From a virus (lineage: Duplodnaviria; Caudoviricetes), in the IMG/VR virus record IMGVR_UViG_2885360797_000005: a stretch of DNA of 64,000 nucleotides. One strand, 5' to 3'. The stretch's first letter is position 1. Each line of letters opens with the position of its first letter. Made by a program: the position numbers and the translations under genes. This document shows positions 8,978 to 17,064 of this stretch, one piece after another. A model generated the notes under the pieces. That model was not told the origin of the DNA, searched no databases, and was given only the letters and a program-made list of their open reading frames with translations.

Positions 8978-9590
8978 AGTCAGAGCGCGTTACGACAAGA
9001 TGATGGAGAACGGCTCGGTAAAGAAAGTAACCGAACCCTATCTCGTTGACGCGCTGTCCTGCACCGAAGCAGAGGCAAGGGTAACTGAGGAACTCACGCC
9101 CTTTATCAGCGGAGGCGACTTCCGCATTTCATCGGTAGTCACTACCAAAATCTCGGAAATCTTTTGGGATGCGTCCGGCGACCGCTTCTACAAGGTTAAG
9201 GTCAATTTCATCACCCTTGACGAAAAGACCGCTACCGAAAAGCGGACGGCAACCTACATCCTCGTGCAGGCTTCCAGTTTCAAAGAGGCATACGACAATT
9301 TCATTGACGGCATGAAAGGTACGATGGCCGACTATGAGATTGAGGCTATCAACGAAACAAAGTTGGTCGATGTGTACCGCGCCAACCTTGCCTCGGAAGC
9401 CGAAAGGGAAGCCGACAAGATGTTGCGTGACCCCAAAGTTCAGCGTCACGTCAAGAAGTTCGTAGATGCCTGCGCCGAGGGCGGTGTTGAGAGTGTCACC
9501 ATGACTGCCTGCGATGGCAGGACAGTCAAGTCTGCCACGATCGAGATTCCCCAAAAGGGTAACAAGCCTAAACCAAACGACAATGGCTAA
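8961..9590 (+). CDS. DUF4494-like protein
   Basis: ENGSVKKVTEPYLVDALSCTEAEAR...YKVKVNFITLDEK...LVQA, the typical Bacteroidetes DUF4494 pattern. Confidence 0.75.
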   Translation: MAQWIEVRARYDKMMENGSVKKVTEPYLVDALSCTEAEARVTEELTPFISGGDFRISSVVTTKISEIFWDASGDRFYKVKVNFITLDEKTATEKRTATYILVQASSFKEAYDNFIDGMKGTMADYEIEAINETKLVDVYRANLASEAEREADKMLRDPKVQRHVKKFVDACAEGGVESVTMTACDGRTVKSATIEIPQKGNKPKPNDNG

Positions 9591-10026
9591 GCGTGCTAAC
9601 AGAGTGGCTATGCTTGCCCGGCTCGGATATGAGGTTAAGAAAGATGCACTCTCTGCGCTCTCTGCCCCTGCCAAAAAGAACAAGTACGGCGCACAACGTG
9701 TCGGCGGTCATGCCTCTCAAAAGGAGCATGACCGCTCCAACCAACTCAAGTTGTGGCAACGCGCAGGTGTCATCTCCAATCTCTGTGAGCAGGTGTCCTA
9801 TGAACTTATCCCTGCCCAGTATGGCGAGTGCGGCACCGACCTCAAAGGTAAACCGGTCCGCGTCTGCCTTGAGAAAGCCTGCAAGTACATTGCCGACTTT
9901 GTCTATACCGACAACGAAACCGGGCAGACCATAGTTGAGGACACGAAAGGAGTTCGCACAAAGGAATATATAATCAAGCGGAAACTAATGCTATATCTGC
10001 ATGGCATCCGCATAAAGGAAGTCTGA
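9583..10026 (+). CDS. DUF1064-like PD-(D/E)XK endonuclease
   Basis: NKYGA...SQKE, QVSYELIP, YIADFVY...VEDTKG...Y.IKRKLM. Start at ATG 9583 preferred. Confidence 0.8.
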   Translation: MAKRANRVAMLARLGYEVKKDALSALSAPAKKNKYGAQRVGGHASQKEHDRSNQLKLWQRAGVISNLCEQVSYELIPAQYGECGTDLKGKPVRVCLEKACKYIADFVYTDNETGQTIVEDTKGVRTKEYIIKRKLMLYLHGIRIKEV

Positions 10027-10029
10027 ACT

Positions 10030-10614
10030 ATGGACCGTGAGAGTTTCATATTCTACCGCAGCTTCTATGAGGCTATCAAATGTATGCCCACTGACGTGCA
10101 GGCTGAAATATATCCAGCCATCTGCGAGTATGCTTTGTTCGGGAAACTGCCGAAGAATCTTTCCGAGGTTGCCAAAGGTATGTTCACGCTGATTAAGCCT
10201 AACATTGACGTGAACACCGCTCGGTTTGAGAATGGCAAGAAAGGCGGTCGCAAGAGCCGAGCCAAGAAGCAGACCGCCACAGCCGAACCTGCCTACACCC
10301 TTACCTATGAGCAGGAGGTGGAGCAGATGAGGTCTGATGAGAAATGGCGCAAAACTATCTGCGAGGATTTCAACATCACTGCGGAAGAGTATGAAAAACG
10401 CCTCTCTCGTTTCCTCGATCGCTGTAACGAAGATAAGACACGCAAGGGCAAGGAGCATCATGATAGTTTCGTGGACTGTCAGAGCCATCTGCGATACTGG
10501 ATGTCCAAAGCATACGCTCACCAACAAACATCAACCCCTGCGCCCGAAGATGATGCAGTTCCTTTCCCGGATAGGGGTGATTCTTTCGGTGGCGTGGACT
10601 ATGACGAACAATAA
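10030..10614 (+). CDS. Putative replication initiator (DUF6291-like N-terminus)
   Basis: RESFIFYRSFYEAI...AICEYAL.G...NGKKGG, upstream of the loader ATPase. Confidence 0.7.
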   Translation: MDRESFIFYRSFYEAIKCMPTDVQAEIYPAICEYALFGKLPKNLSEVAKGMFTLIKPNIDVNTARFENGKKGGRKSRAKKQTATAEPAYTLTYEQEVEQMRSDEKWRKTICEDFNITAEEYEKRLSRFLDRCNEDKTRKGKEHHDSFVDCQSHLRYWMSKAYAHQQTSTPAPEDDAVPFPDRGDSFGGVDYDEQ

Positions 10615-10616
10615 CC

Positions 10617-11444
10617 ATGAGTTACATAACAGAAAATACAACTGGACTGACACCCGAAATGATTGCGCAGGTCTACGAGAAACGGCGCAGGGACGCTCTG
10701 CGTGACGAGCAGATGAAGATTGACAATGCAATCAAGCAGGTGCAGCTTGATGTGCGCAGGGCTGCCCAGTCTTTCCCCGACCTGTCCGACCCCGACATAT
10801 TCAAATGGCACTGGAACTTCCTGCATCAGGTAGCCGAGGACATCGTTCTTGCACCTCAACGGCGCAAGTTCGTGGTCGATGACCACAACAAGCAGATAAT
10901 ACTCTTCATGCTGTATTACTTCAACAACTGCGCCCTCGCAGAGCAGGTGTTTCCCGACAAACGCTACAAACTTGCCAAGCCCCTGCTTGTGCGCGGTGAA
11001 AAGGGAGTCGGCAAAACATTCCTCATGCAGCTCTTCTCCGAGTACCTGCGCAGGACAAAGAACCCCAACTTCTTTTTCAACGTGTCGGTTACGGAAATGG
11101 TGAACTACTATACCATCAACAACAACCTCAACCGATACACCTACAATGACCGCTCCGGAACAAAAGAGGATAACACCTTTGACGGCTGTCGCCCCTCCAA
11201 TGTTTGCCTCAACGATGTCGGATTGCAGACACAGACTTTCTTCGGCCAGAACACCAAGCAACTGGTAAGCGAGTTTATCCATGCACGCTATGAGATATGG
11301 ACGCAGTTCTCCTGCCGGGGTCATCTTACCACCAATCTATCCGTGCAGGCCCTCGCCAAAGAATTCTCCGATGCCTACGGGCGCACGGTCGATAGGTTCA
11401 AGTCATACAACATAATCGAAATGACCGGTTCAAGCCGTAGATAG
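10617..11444 (+). CDS. DnaC/IstB-like AAA+ helicase-loader ATPase
   Basis: GEKGVGKT Walker A, LNDVG Walker B, TTNL, DR, G.SRR end. Confidence 0.8.
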   Translation: MSYITENTTGLTPEMIAQVYEKRRRDALRDEQMKIDNAIKQVQLDVRRAAQSFPDLSDPDIFKWHWNFLHQVAEDIVLAPQRRKFVVDDHNKQIILFMLYYFNNCALAEQVFPDKRYKLAKPLLVRGEKGVGKTFLMQLFSEYLRRTKNPNFFFNVSVTEMVNYYTINNNLNRYTYNDRSGTKEDNTFDGCRPSNVCLNDVGLQTQTFFGQNTKQLVSEFIHARYEIWTQFSCRGHLTTNLSVQALAKEFSDAYGRTVDRFKSYNIIEMTGSSRR

Positions 11445-11446
11445 CC

Positions 11447-11656
11447 ATGACACCTACTGAAGAAGTTATCGTAACCCACGCTCAGGAAGCCAACCACAAT
11501 GCTGAACGCGCCTACTGGTGGATGAAAGGTATCGACCGCGAAGAGGCTCAACGCCTCGGCCTGTCCGACATGGTTCAGTCGGTACTCTCGCTCCTGCAGA
11601 AGGTTGACAACATCACTATGGACATTCAAATAACAATTAAACAAAAATCAAAATGA
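11447..11656 (+). CDS. Hypothetical protein
   Basis: 69-aa coupled ORF. Confidence 0.55.
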   Translation: MTPTEEVIVTHAQEANHNAERAYWWMKGIDREEAQRLGLSDMVQSVLSLLQKVDNITMDIQITIKQKSK

Positions 11657-12018
11657 CAATCGTAACACCACTATCAATCTGCCTCACGGTCGTTTGTGCG
11701 TTCCTGCTGGGTCGCTCTGCAGTCATCAGTACCCGGCGCGACAACTACAACAAGAAACTCAAAGCCGAGGTCAAGAAACTCAACCATCGCCTCGATCGCA
11801 TTGCCGATTCCTCAAAGTACGACCGCTACTATGAGATTGAAGAGGATGCAAACGCCTACAACGTCAACATGAAAGTCTATGTGCGCGTATCTTCCTACGC
11901 AGGCGAACACATTGACACCTGCTGTTACTGCCTCATCAAGCAATTCCCCTTTGCCGATGACAAGGAGTTTGCCAAACGTGAAGCCGAGGAACTCCTCGAT
12001 AAACTCAACGAGAAATGA
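11653..12018 (+). CDS. Membrane-anchored hypothetical protein
   Basis: N-terminal hydrophobic helix, ATGA coupling. Confidence 0.6.
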   Translation: MTIVTPLSICLTVVCAFLLGRSAVISTRRDNYNKKLKAEVKKLNHRLDRIADSSKYDRYYEIEEDANAYNVNMKVYVRVSSYAGEHIDTCCYCLIKQFPFADDKEFAKREAEELLDKLNEK

Positions 12019-12341
12019 AAATCCTTGATTTAGTTGTAAAGCATAAGTGGTACGACATGGAAGAGTCCGGCGAAAAGCCGGAAGAATACCGCGCACTCTC
12101 TGACCATTGGGTAAAACGATTCCTCCGTATTGACACTGGACGAGAGGGAGCATTGAGGTATCTTGCATCGCTTCCAACGAACCAAGTGTGGCAGGAATAC
12201 ACCCATGTCCGCTTACATAGAGGCTATACATCAACAACAATGCTCTTTGAAATTAAGAGTATGCACATAGGTGTCGGTAATCCCGACTGGGGCGCACCCA
12301 AAGAAGAAGTATTCATCATAAAATTAGGAGAACTAATATGA
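12015..12341 (+). CDS. ASCH/PUA-domain protein
   Basis: LDLVVKHKWYDM..SGEKPEEYR...W..R...GY...WGAP. Confidence 0.8.
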   Translation: MKILDLVVKHKWYDMEESGEKPEEYRALSDHWVKRFLRIDTGREGALRYLASLPTNQVWQEYTHVRLHRGYTSTTMLFEIKSMHIGVGNPDWGAPKEEVFIIKLGELI

Positions 12342-12505
12342 GAGTAAGAATCGCACTAAAAATCTTTAAGGCAGTTGGAGAGTATTCCGGCTGGGAACGC
12401 TTCGATATGCCTTACACTGGTAAGCAGATATATGCAGCCGCCAAACGTCTGCTTCCTGTGCAGTGGCGCAAGGGATATAAGGGGTGGCATCGTGTAACCA
12501 AATAG
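12338..12505 (+). CDS. Hypothetical 55-aa basic protein
   Basis: MRVRIALKIFKAVGEYSGW...HRVTK, ATGA-coupled to the ASCH gene. Confidence 0.5.
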   Translation: MRVRIALKIFKAVGEYSGWERFDMPYTGKQIYAAAKRLLPVQWRKGYKGWHRVTK

Positions 12506-12548
12506 CAAGGCATCGCCGAAGTCATGACAATTCTGAAAGGAGGTAAAA

Positions 12549-12875
12549 ATGATAAGTAAAGAAGATGCACGCCTGCTGTATAACCTCCACTCGCAGATAG
12601 AAACAACTCAGACCATAATATCAGACTTGGAAGAGTTTGTGAAACAGCAGGGCGAAAAAGTCCCCGACATCATAGACAAAAACTATAACACCTATGGTAG
12701 TATCTCAATTGATATTCCCTACTTTGAGAGTGGCAAGTTCTCAAAACGAGGTGCAAGAGTTTACAACATCAGTTACAACGCGGCTATGCGCGTGCTGAAG
12801 AATCACATTCGTAACCTTAAAAAGCAAGTCAAGGCATTAAGCGATAGACTTGAGAAAGGAGATAACAATGATTGA
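12549..12875 (+). CDS. Hypothetical protein
   Basis: 108-aa ORF with an AAGGAGG leader. Confidence 0.65.
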   Translation: MISKEDARLLYNLHSQIETTQTIISDLEEFVKQQGEKVPDIIDKNYNTYGSISIDIPYFESGKFSKRGARVYNISYNAAMRVLKNHIRNLKKQVKALSDRLEKGDNND

Positions 12876-13140
12876 ATTACTTGTAAACTTCGCTTCCTTA
12901 ATCATTTCGGCAGTAATAATCACTATTATCATCAATCGCATTGAGCGCAAAAGGCACGGAGATTATCACATAACCTGCGAGTATATGCGCTACCGCTACT
13001 CATACAGCAAAATGGACGAGTGCATCGCCGAACTCTGCAAGCTGGGTGCTGATGGTTGGGAAATAGCAACCTGCGCAGGCGAAGATAGTTTCGCAGCTTA
13101 CCTCATACTCAAACGTGAAACCCTCCACACATCTAAATAG
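12868..13140 (+). CDS. Membrane-anchored DUF4177-like protein
   Basis: TM helix followed by EY...LGADGWEI...LILKR; ATG at 12868. Confidence 0.55.
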   Translation: MIELLVNFASLIISAVIITIIINRIERKRHGDYHITCEYMRYRYSYSKMDECIAELCKLGADGWEIATCAGEDSFAAYLILKRETLHTSK

Positions 13141-13142
13141 CC

Positions 13143-13370
13143 ATGACTATCGCAAAACAACTCGCACTCGTTCTTGTCAAGGAGATTATCGCCAACAAGA
13201 GGAGCAGCCACATCTCGCCGGACTACGCTCTGCGCAATGAGGTCAACTTATTGCTCGGCCAGGCACTCGATTCACTGGTCGCTGATGGCTCTCTCATTCA
13301 GCGCAGCGCATCGGTAAACCGTTATCAAGCTTATGAGATTCCCCAAACGCCGTGCCAACCTGCTCTATAA
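13143..13370 (+). CDS. Hypothetical small protein, possibly winged helix
   Basis: 75-aa ORF in the operon. Confidence 0.55.
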   Translation: MTIAKQLALVLVKEIIANKRSSHISPDYALRNEVNLLLGQALDSLVADGSLIQRSASVNRYQAYEIPQTPCQPAL

Positions 13371-13510
13371 GCTGCGCCGTAAAGGGATTGAGGCTGACAC
13401 CAAACAACGTGTCATCTTCATTCCCTACGGCGAAGAGCCTCGGCAATACGTGCAGGCCGGTCCGGCTCTGCCGTGAGTTTTATTTCAGTATTCAATTCAT
13501 TATCACATGA
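13333..13510 (+). pseudogene. Small basic protein, probably frameshifted
   Basis: MRFPKRRANLLYKLRRKG... stops at 13476. The +1 frame continues VRLCREFYFSIQFIIT to a TGA that overlaps the next ATG at 13507. Confidence 0.45.
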
Positions 13511-13737
13511 AGAAAGACGGCAATCGAATATCGCTAACAATAAAAGAGGCGGACGAGATAAGAGAATACCTCGAAACTCTTTATGCGATGGAAGGAACGC
13601 TTGACGAGGATTTCAATTCCGAATGTCATCGGGCAGGATTCTATGCCCGGAATATGTGTAAGTTAATCTATGGGCATAGACATCCGACATGGGATGCTGC
13701 AGGCCAAGTCGAATCTAAATACAATCCATTGATATGA
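13507..13737 (+). CDS. Hypothetical protein
   Basis: 76-aa coupled ORF. Confidence 0.55.
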   Translation: MKKDGNRISLTIKEADEIREYLETLYAMEGTLDEDFNSECHRAGFYARNMCKLIYGHRHPTWDAAGQVESKYNPLI

Positions 13738-14637
13738 ACATAGGTATAGTTGACGTTGATGGGCATAACTTCCCCAACTTCGCACTCATGAAAATATCAG
13801 CGTGGCACAAGTCGCAAGGCGACAATGTGGAGATAGCGTTGCCCATGTTCGGCAACTATGACCGCGTATATCAGTCCAAGATATTCACGTTCACTCCCGA
13901 TGAACAAACCGACTGGCAATGTGAAGTTGTCAAAGGTGGTACTGGCTATGATATTCACAGCCGATTGCCCGAAGAGATTGAGCAATCCACGGCAATGGAC
14001 TATTCAATCTATCCCCAGTATCCTTTCTCGATCCAATTCTTTTCTCGCGGTTGCATACGGCATTGTCCGTTCTGCCTCGTCCATGACAAAGAGGGCATGA
14101 TTCGTCCTGTTGAACCGGTCCAACTCAACCCCAATGGAAAATGGATAGAGGTGCTTGACAATAATTTCTTCGCCAATCCCGAATGGAAGAGCGCGATTGA
14201 TTACCTCATCAAAGCCGGGCAGAAAGTAAACCTCCACGGCGTGGACATAAGAATCATGAACGAAGAGCAGGCATATTGGCTCAACAAACTGCGTCTGCGC
14301 CGGAACATACATATCGCATGGGACTTGCCTGCCATTGACCTTACCGAGAAACTACGCGAGGTCACACGCTACTTAAAGCCATACAAAATCATGTGCTATG
14401 TACTTGTCGGCTTCAACTCCACCATAGGGCAAGGATATGTTTAGGATTGAAACGCTCCGCTCCTTTGGTATCAAACCATACGTCATGCCATACCGCGACT
14501 TTGAAAACAAGCGCACGCCCTCGCAGTATGAAAAAGACCTCGCCCAGTATGTCAACAAACCAATGATATTCAAATCATGCACCTTTGCAGAGTTCTCTCC
14601 ACGCAAAGGCTTCAAATGCCAAACCTATCTCCAATGA
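13734..14637 (+). pseudogene. Radical SAM protein split into two ORFs (13734-14444, 14437-14637)
   Basis: SRGCIRHCPFC CxxxCxxC motif, FPNFALMKIS and GGTG N-domain, LDNNF, YVLVGF. The barrel continues in the +1 frame near 14430 (DMFRIETLR..PYVMPY). Confidence 0.7.
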
Positions 14638-15128
14638 GCAATACAGATTTCAAATATCCTGCCTGCGGCTTCTGCCGTAACTTCCAATGGGAAGCAGGCA
14701 ACACTTCATCGGCGCAATGCAGTGAAATGCACAGAGAGGTCACAGCCAATGGTGATGTATGTGGCTTTTACAAAGCCGCGTGTAACGAGCAAGCGATAAA
14801 AGAATACATGGCATTTCAAAAAATGTTGATAGAGGTTGATATGCGTCCAAAGTTGCACTATAGCCCCTATGTAGATGCTTGTGGAAATAATTATGAAGGA
14901 CTTAGCCGTTCTGAATGCATGGATGTTTTAGTTAACCACGTTGAGGAATATGGGCTATGGTATGAACTTGATGTAATGTTCGACCCCTTTGGTAATGGTT
15001 GTGATTTCTTCTTTGCTCCTGATGTTATGTTCCATTTTTCGGCGGATGAGTACGAGGCATTTTATGCCCGGATTAGCAACGCCATAAAGAAATTTCATGA
15101 ACAATTCAATGAAACTCCGCGTCTTTGA
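14634..15128 (+). CDS. Cys-rich hypothetical protein
   Basis: ATG 14634 is coupled to the previous stop; CGFC...C...CGFY cluster; AT-richer than its neighbours. Confidence 0.6.
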   Translation: MSNTDFKYPACGFCRNFQWEAGNTSSAQCSEMHREVTANGDVCGFYKAACNEQAIKEYMAFQKMLIEVDMRPKLHYSPYVDACGNNYEGLSRSECMDVLVNHVEEYGLWYELDVMFDPFGNGCDFFFAPDVMFHFSADEYEAFYARISNAIKKFHEQFNETPRL

Positions 15129-16647
15129 AGCCTTTGCAGGCTACGGCTCTCAGTCTATCGCCCTTGAGCTGCTTGCCCAAGCGTTCCCCGATTTCCAGTT
15201 TGACACTGTCGGAATTTCGGAGATTGACAAGAACGCTATCAAGGCATATCGTACACTTCACGGGAATATCATTCCCAACCACGGCGACATAACCAAGATT
15301 GACTGGACGCAGACAGCCGATTTTGACCTGCTTACATATTCGTTCCCCTGTCAAGACATTTCTTCGGCAGGCAAACAGCGTGGCTTCACCGAGGGTAGCG
15401 GAACACGCTCGTCCTGCTTGTGGGCCTGTGCCGATGCCATTGAAACAAAGCATCCCCAGTTCCTGCTCATGGAGAATGTAAAGGCACTCGCCACGCAAAA
15501 GAAATTCAGCGATGACTTCCGCAGGTGGCGTGAGTGGCTGATAAAGCACGGTTACACCAACTACTATGCCGTCCTCAACGCAAAGGACTACGGCGTGCCG
15601 CAGAACCGTGAGCGCGTGTTCATGGTGTCGTTCCTCGGCGAACATACTCCGTTCTATTTCCCGGCTCCCTTTGAACTGACGCGCCGACTGAAGCACGTCC
15701 TTGAAGATGAGGTTGACGAGAAATACTGGTTACAGCAGGAGCAGATTCAAGCCTTGATAAAGCACAACGAACGCAAGCAGTCCGAGGGTTGCGGATTCAA
15801 GACGAACTTTCAGACTGGCGAGGGCATAAGCGGTGCTATCAAGACCAAAGAAGGGAGCCGCGAATATGATACCTACATCAAAGTGCCGACCTACGGCAAC
15901 AGCCGCCTCAACGCCATGATTGCCGACGGCAAGATTGACCCGGAGCAGACGTTGTGGATTGACTGCTACAACCAACGTGTTGACCCCGACATAGCAGGCA
16001 CGATACTGGCTCGAGTAAATGCTACTGGGCATTATCTCATATCCGACCCTCGCGGCTGCGCCATGCGCGGCCGCCCCGATGCATCGGGGCGAAATTCACA
16101 GCAGATCGAACTTGGTTCGGATGTTGCCAACGCTCTCACGTCCGTCCAAAAGGACAGCATGGTAGCCGAGGCGCGTGTCATACAGGTCGGCAACCTCATA
16201 GAGGATTCCGCTTACAAGAACCCTCATCGTGGGCGCGTCTATTCCGTTGAGGGCATCGCCCCCTGCCTCAACTGCAACGAGGGCGGTCAACGTGAAGTCA
16301 AGATTATACAGCGCGGTCACGGATATGCCAAAGGCGGTGTATTCGATATTTGCCCGGCTCTCACCACCTCAAAGTGGCAGGACAATCACTTTGCCCTCAT
16401 TGAGTACTGGATTCGCAAACTCACTCCGCGCGAGTGCTTCCGCTTGATGGACGTACCCGAACACTATATCGACCGACTGCTGTCCACAGGAATATCCAAT
16501 TCGCAGCTCTATAAACTTGCAGGCAATTCTATCGTGGTCGCCTGCCTCTTCCACATCTTCCGAAAGATGTTCTGCGAAACGGCAAGGGGAAGCGGCTCTC
16601 CGATTGCTCATAGCCGTGAAACCCCGGCGCAGTTGTCGCTTTTCTAA
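15109..16647 (+). CDS. dcm: C5-cytosine DNA methyltransferase with an expanded variable region
   Basis: FAGYG (motif I), SFPCQD (IV), MENV (VI), QNRERVF (VIII), RKLTPREC.RLM (IX), AGNSIV (X). No cognate restriction gene nearby. Confidence 0.93.
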   Translation: MKLRVFEAFAGYGSQSIALELLAQAFPDFQFDTVGISEIDKNAIKAYRTLHGNIIPNHGDITKIDWTQTADFDLLTYSFPCQDISSAGKQRGFTEGSGTRSSCLWACADAIETKHPQFLLMENVKALATQKKFSDDFRRWREWLIKHGYTNYYAVLNAKDYGVPQNRERVFMVSFLGEHTPFYFPAPFELTRRLKHVLEDEVDEKYWLQQEQIQALIKHNERKQSEGCGFKTNFQTGEGISGAIKTKEGSREYDTYIKVPTYGNSRLNAMIADGKIDPEQTLWIDCYNQRVDPDIAGTILARVNATGHYLISDPRGCAMRGRPDASGRNSQQIELGSDVANALTSVQKDSMVAEARVIQVGNLIEDSAYKNPHRGRVYSVEGIAPCLNCNEGGQREVKIIQRGHGYAKGGVFDICPALTTSKWQDNHFALIEYWIRKLTPRECFRLMDVPEHYIDRLLSTGISNSQLYKLAGNSIVVACLFHIFRKMFCETARGSGSPIAHSRETPAQLSLF

Positions 16648-16685
16648 ACTTAAAACATCATAACAACTAATTCCCAATATCTTTG
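16639..16685 (+). promoter_or_regulatory. Putative late promoter, copy 1
   Basis: CTAAACTTAAA (16644-16654), 23 bp, TATCTTTG (16678-16685). Confidence 0.6.
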
Positions 16686-16689
16686 CTCC

Positions 16690-17064
16690 ATGATTAAACT
16701 GTTGGAACATAATCGCCGACCCGACATCTCTTTCAGCCGCAAGAGAGGTACTATCCGCATTACGGCAAGGGTGGCGCGTGTCCTCGCCCTGCGTCCCGGT
16801 GATGCAATCAACATAGCCGTCAGTAACGGCGAGTATTACCTGCACGCCGTCCATATCACAAACGGCATCGGACGGTTTGAGGCGCAGTGCTGGCCCACAA
16901 AGAAAGGGAGCGGTAACTACTGCGCCAGTTGCGTGCGCCTATGCCGTTCCCTGCTTGATTCCGTAGGTGTCAAGGCTGACAAGGTCGCCTACATGGTCGG
17001 CCAGGCATTCGAGCGCGACAGCACTACCTATGTTCCAATCATAACTCTGCATCCGCTACTATGA
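16690..17064 (+). CDS. Hypothetical protein, AbrB-like beta-rich N-terminus
   Basis: GTIRITARVARVLALRPGDAINI pattern; coupled to the 893-aa gene. Confidence 0.6.
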   Translation: MIKLLEHNRRPDISFSRKRGTIRITARVARVLALRPGDAINIAVSNGEYYLHAVHITNGIGRFEAQCWPTKKGSGNYCASCVRLCRSLLDSVGVKADKVAYMVGQAFERDSTTYVPIITLHPLL

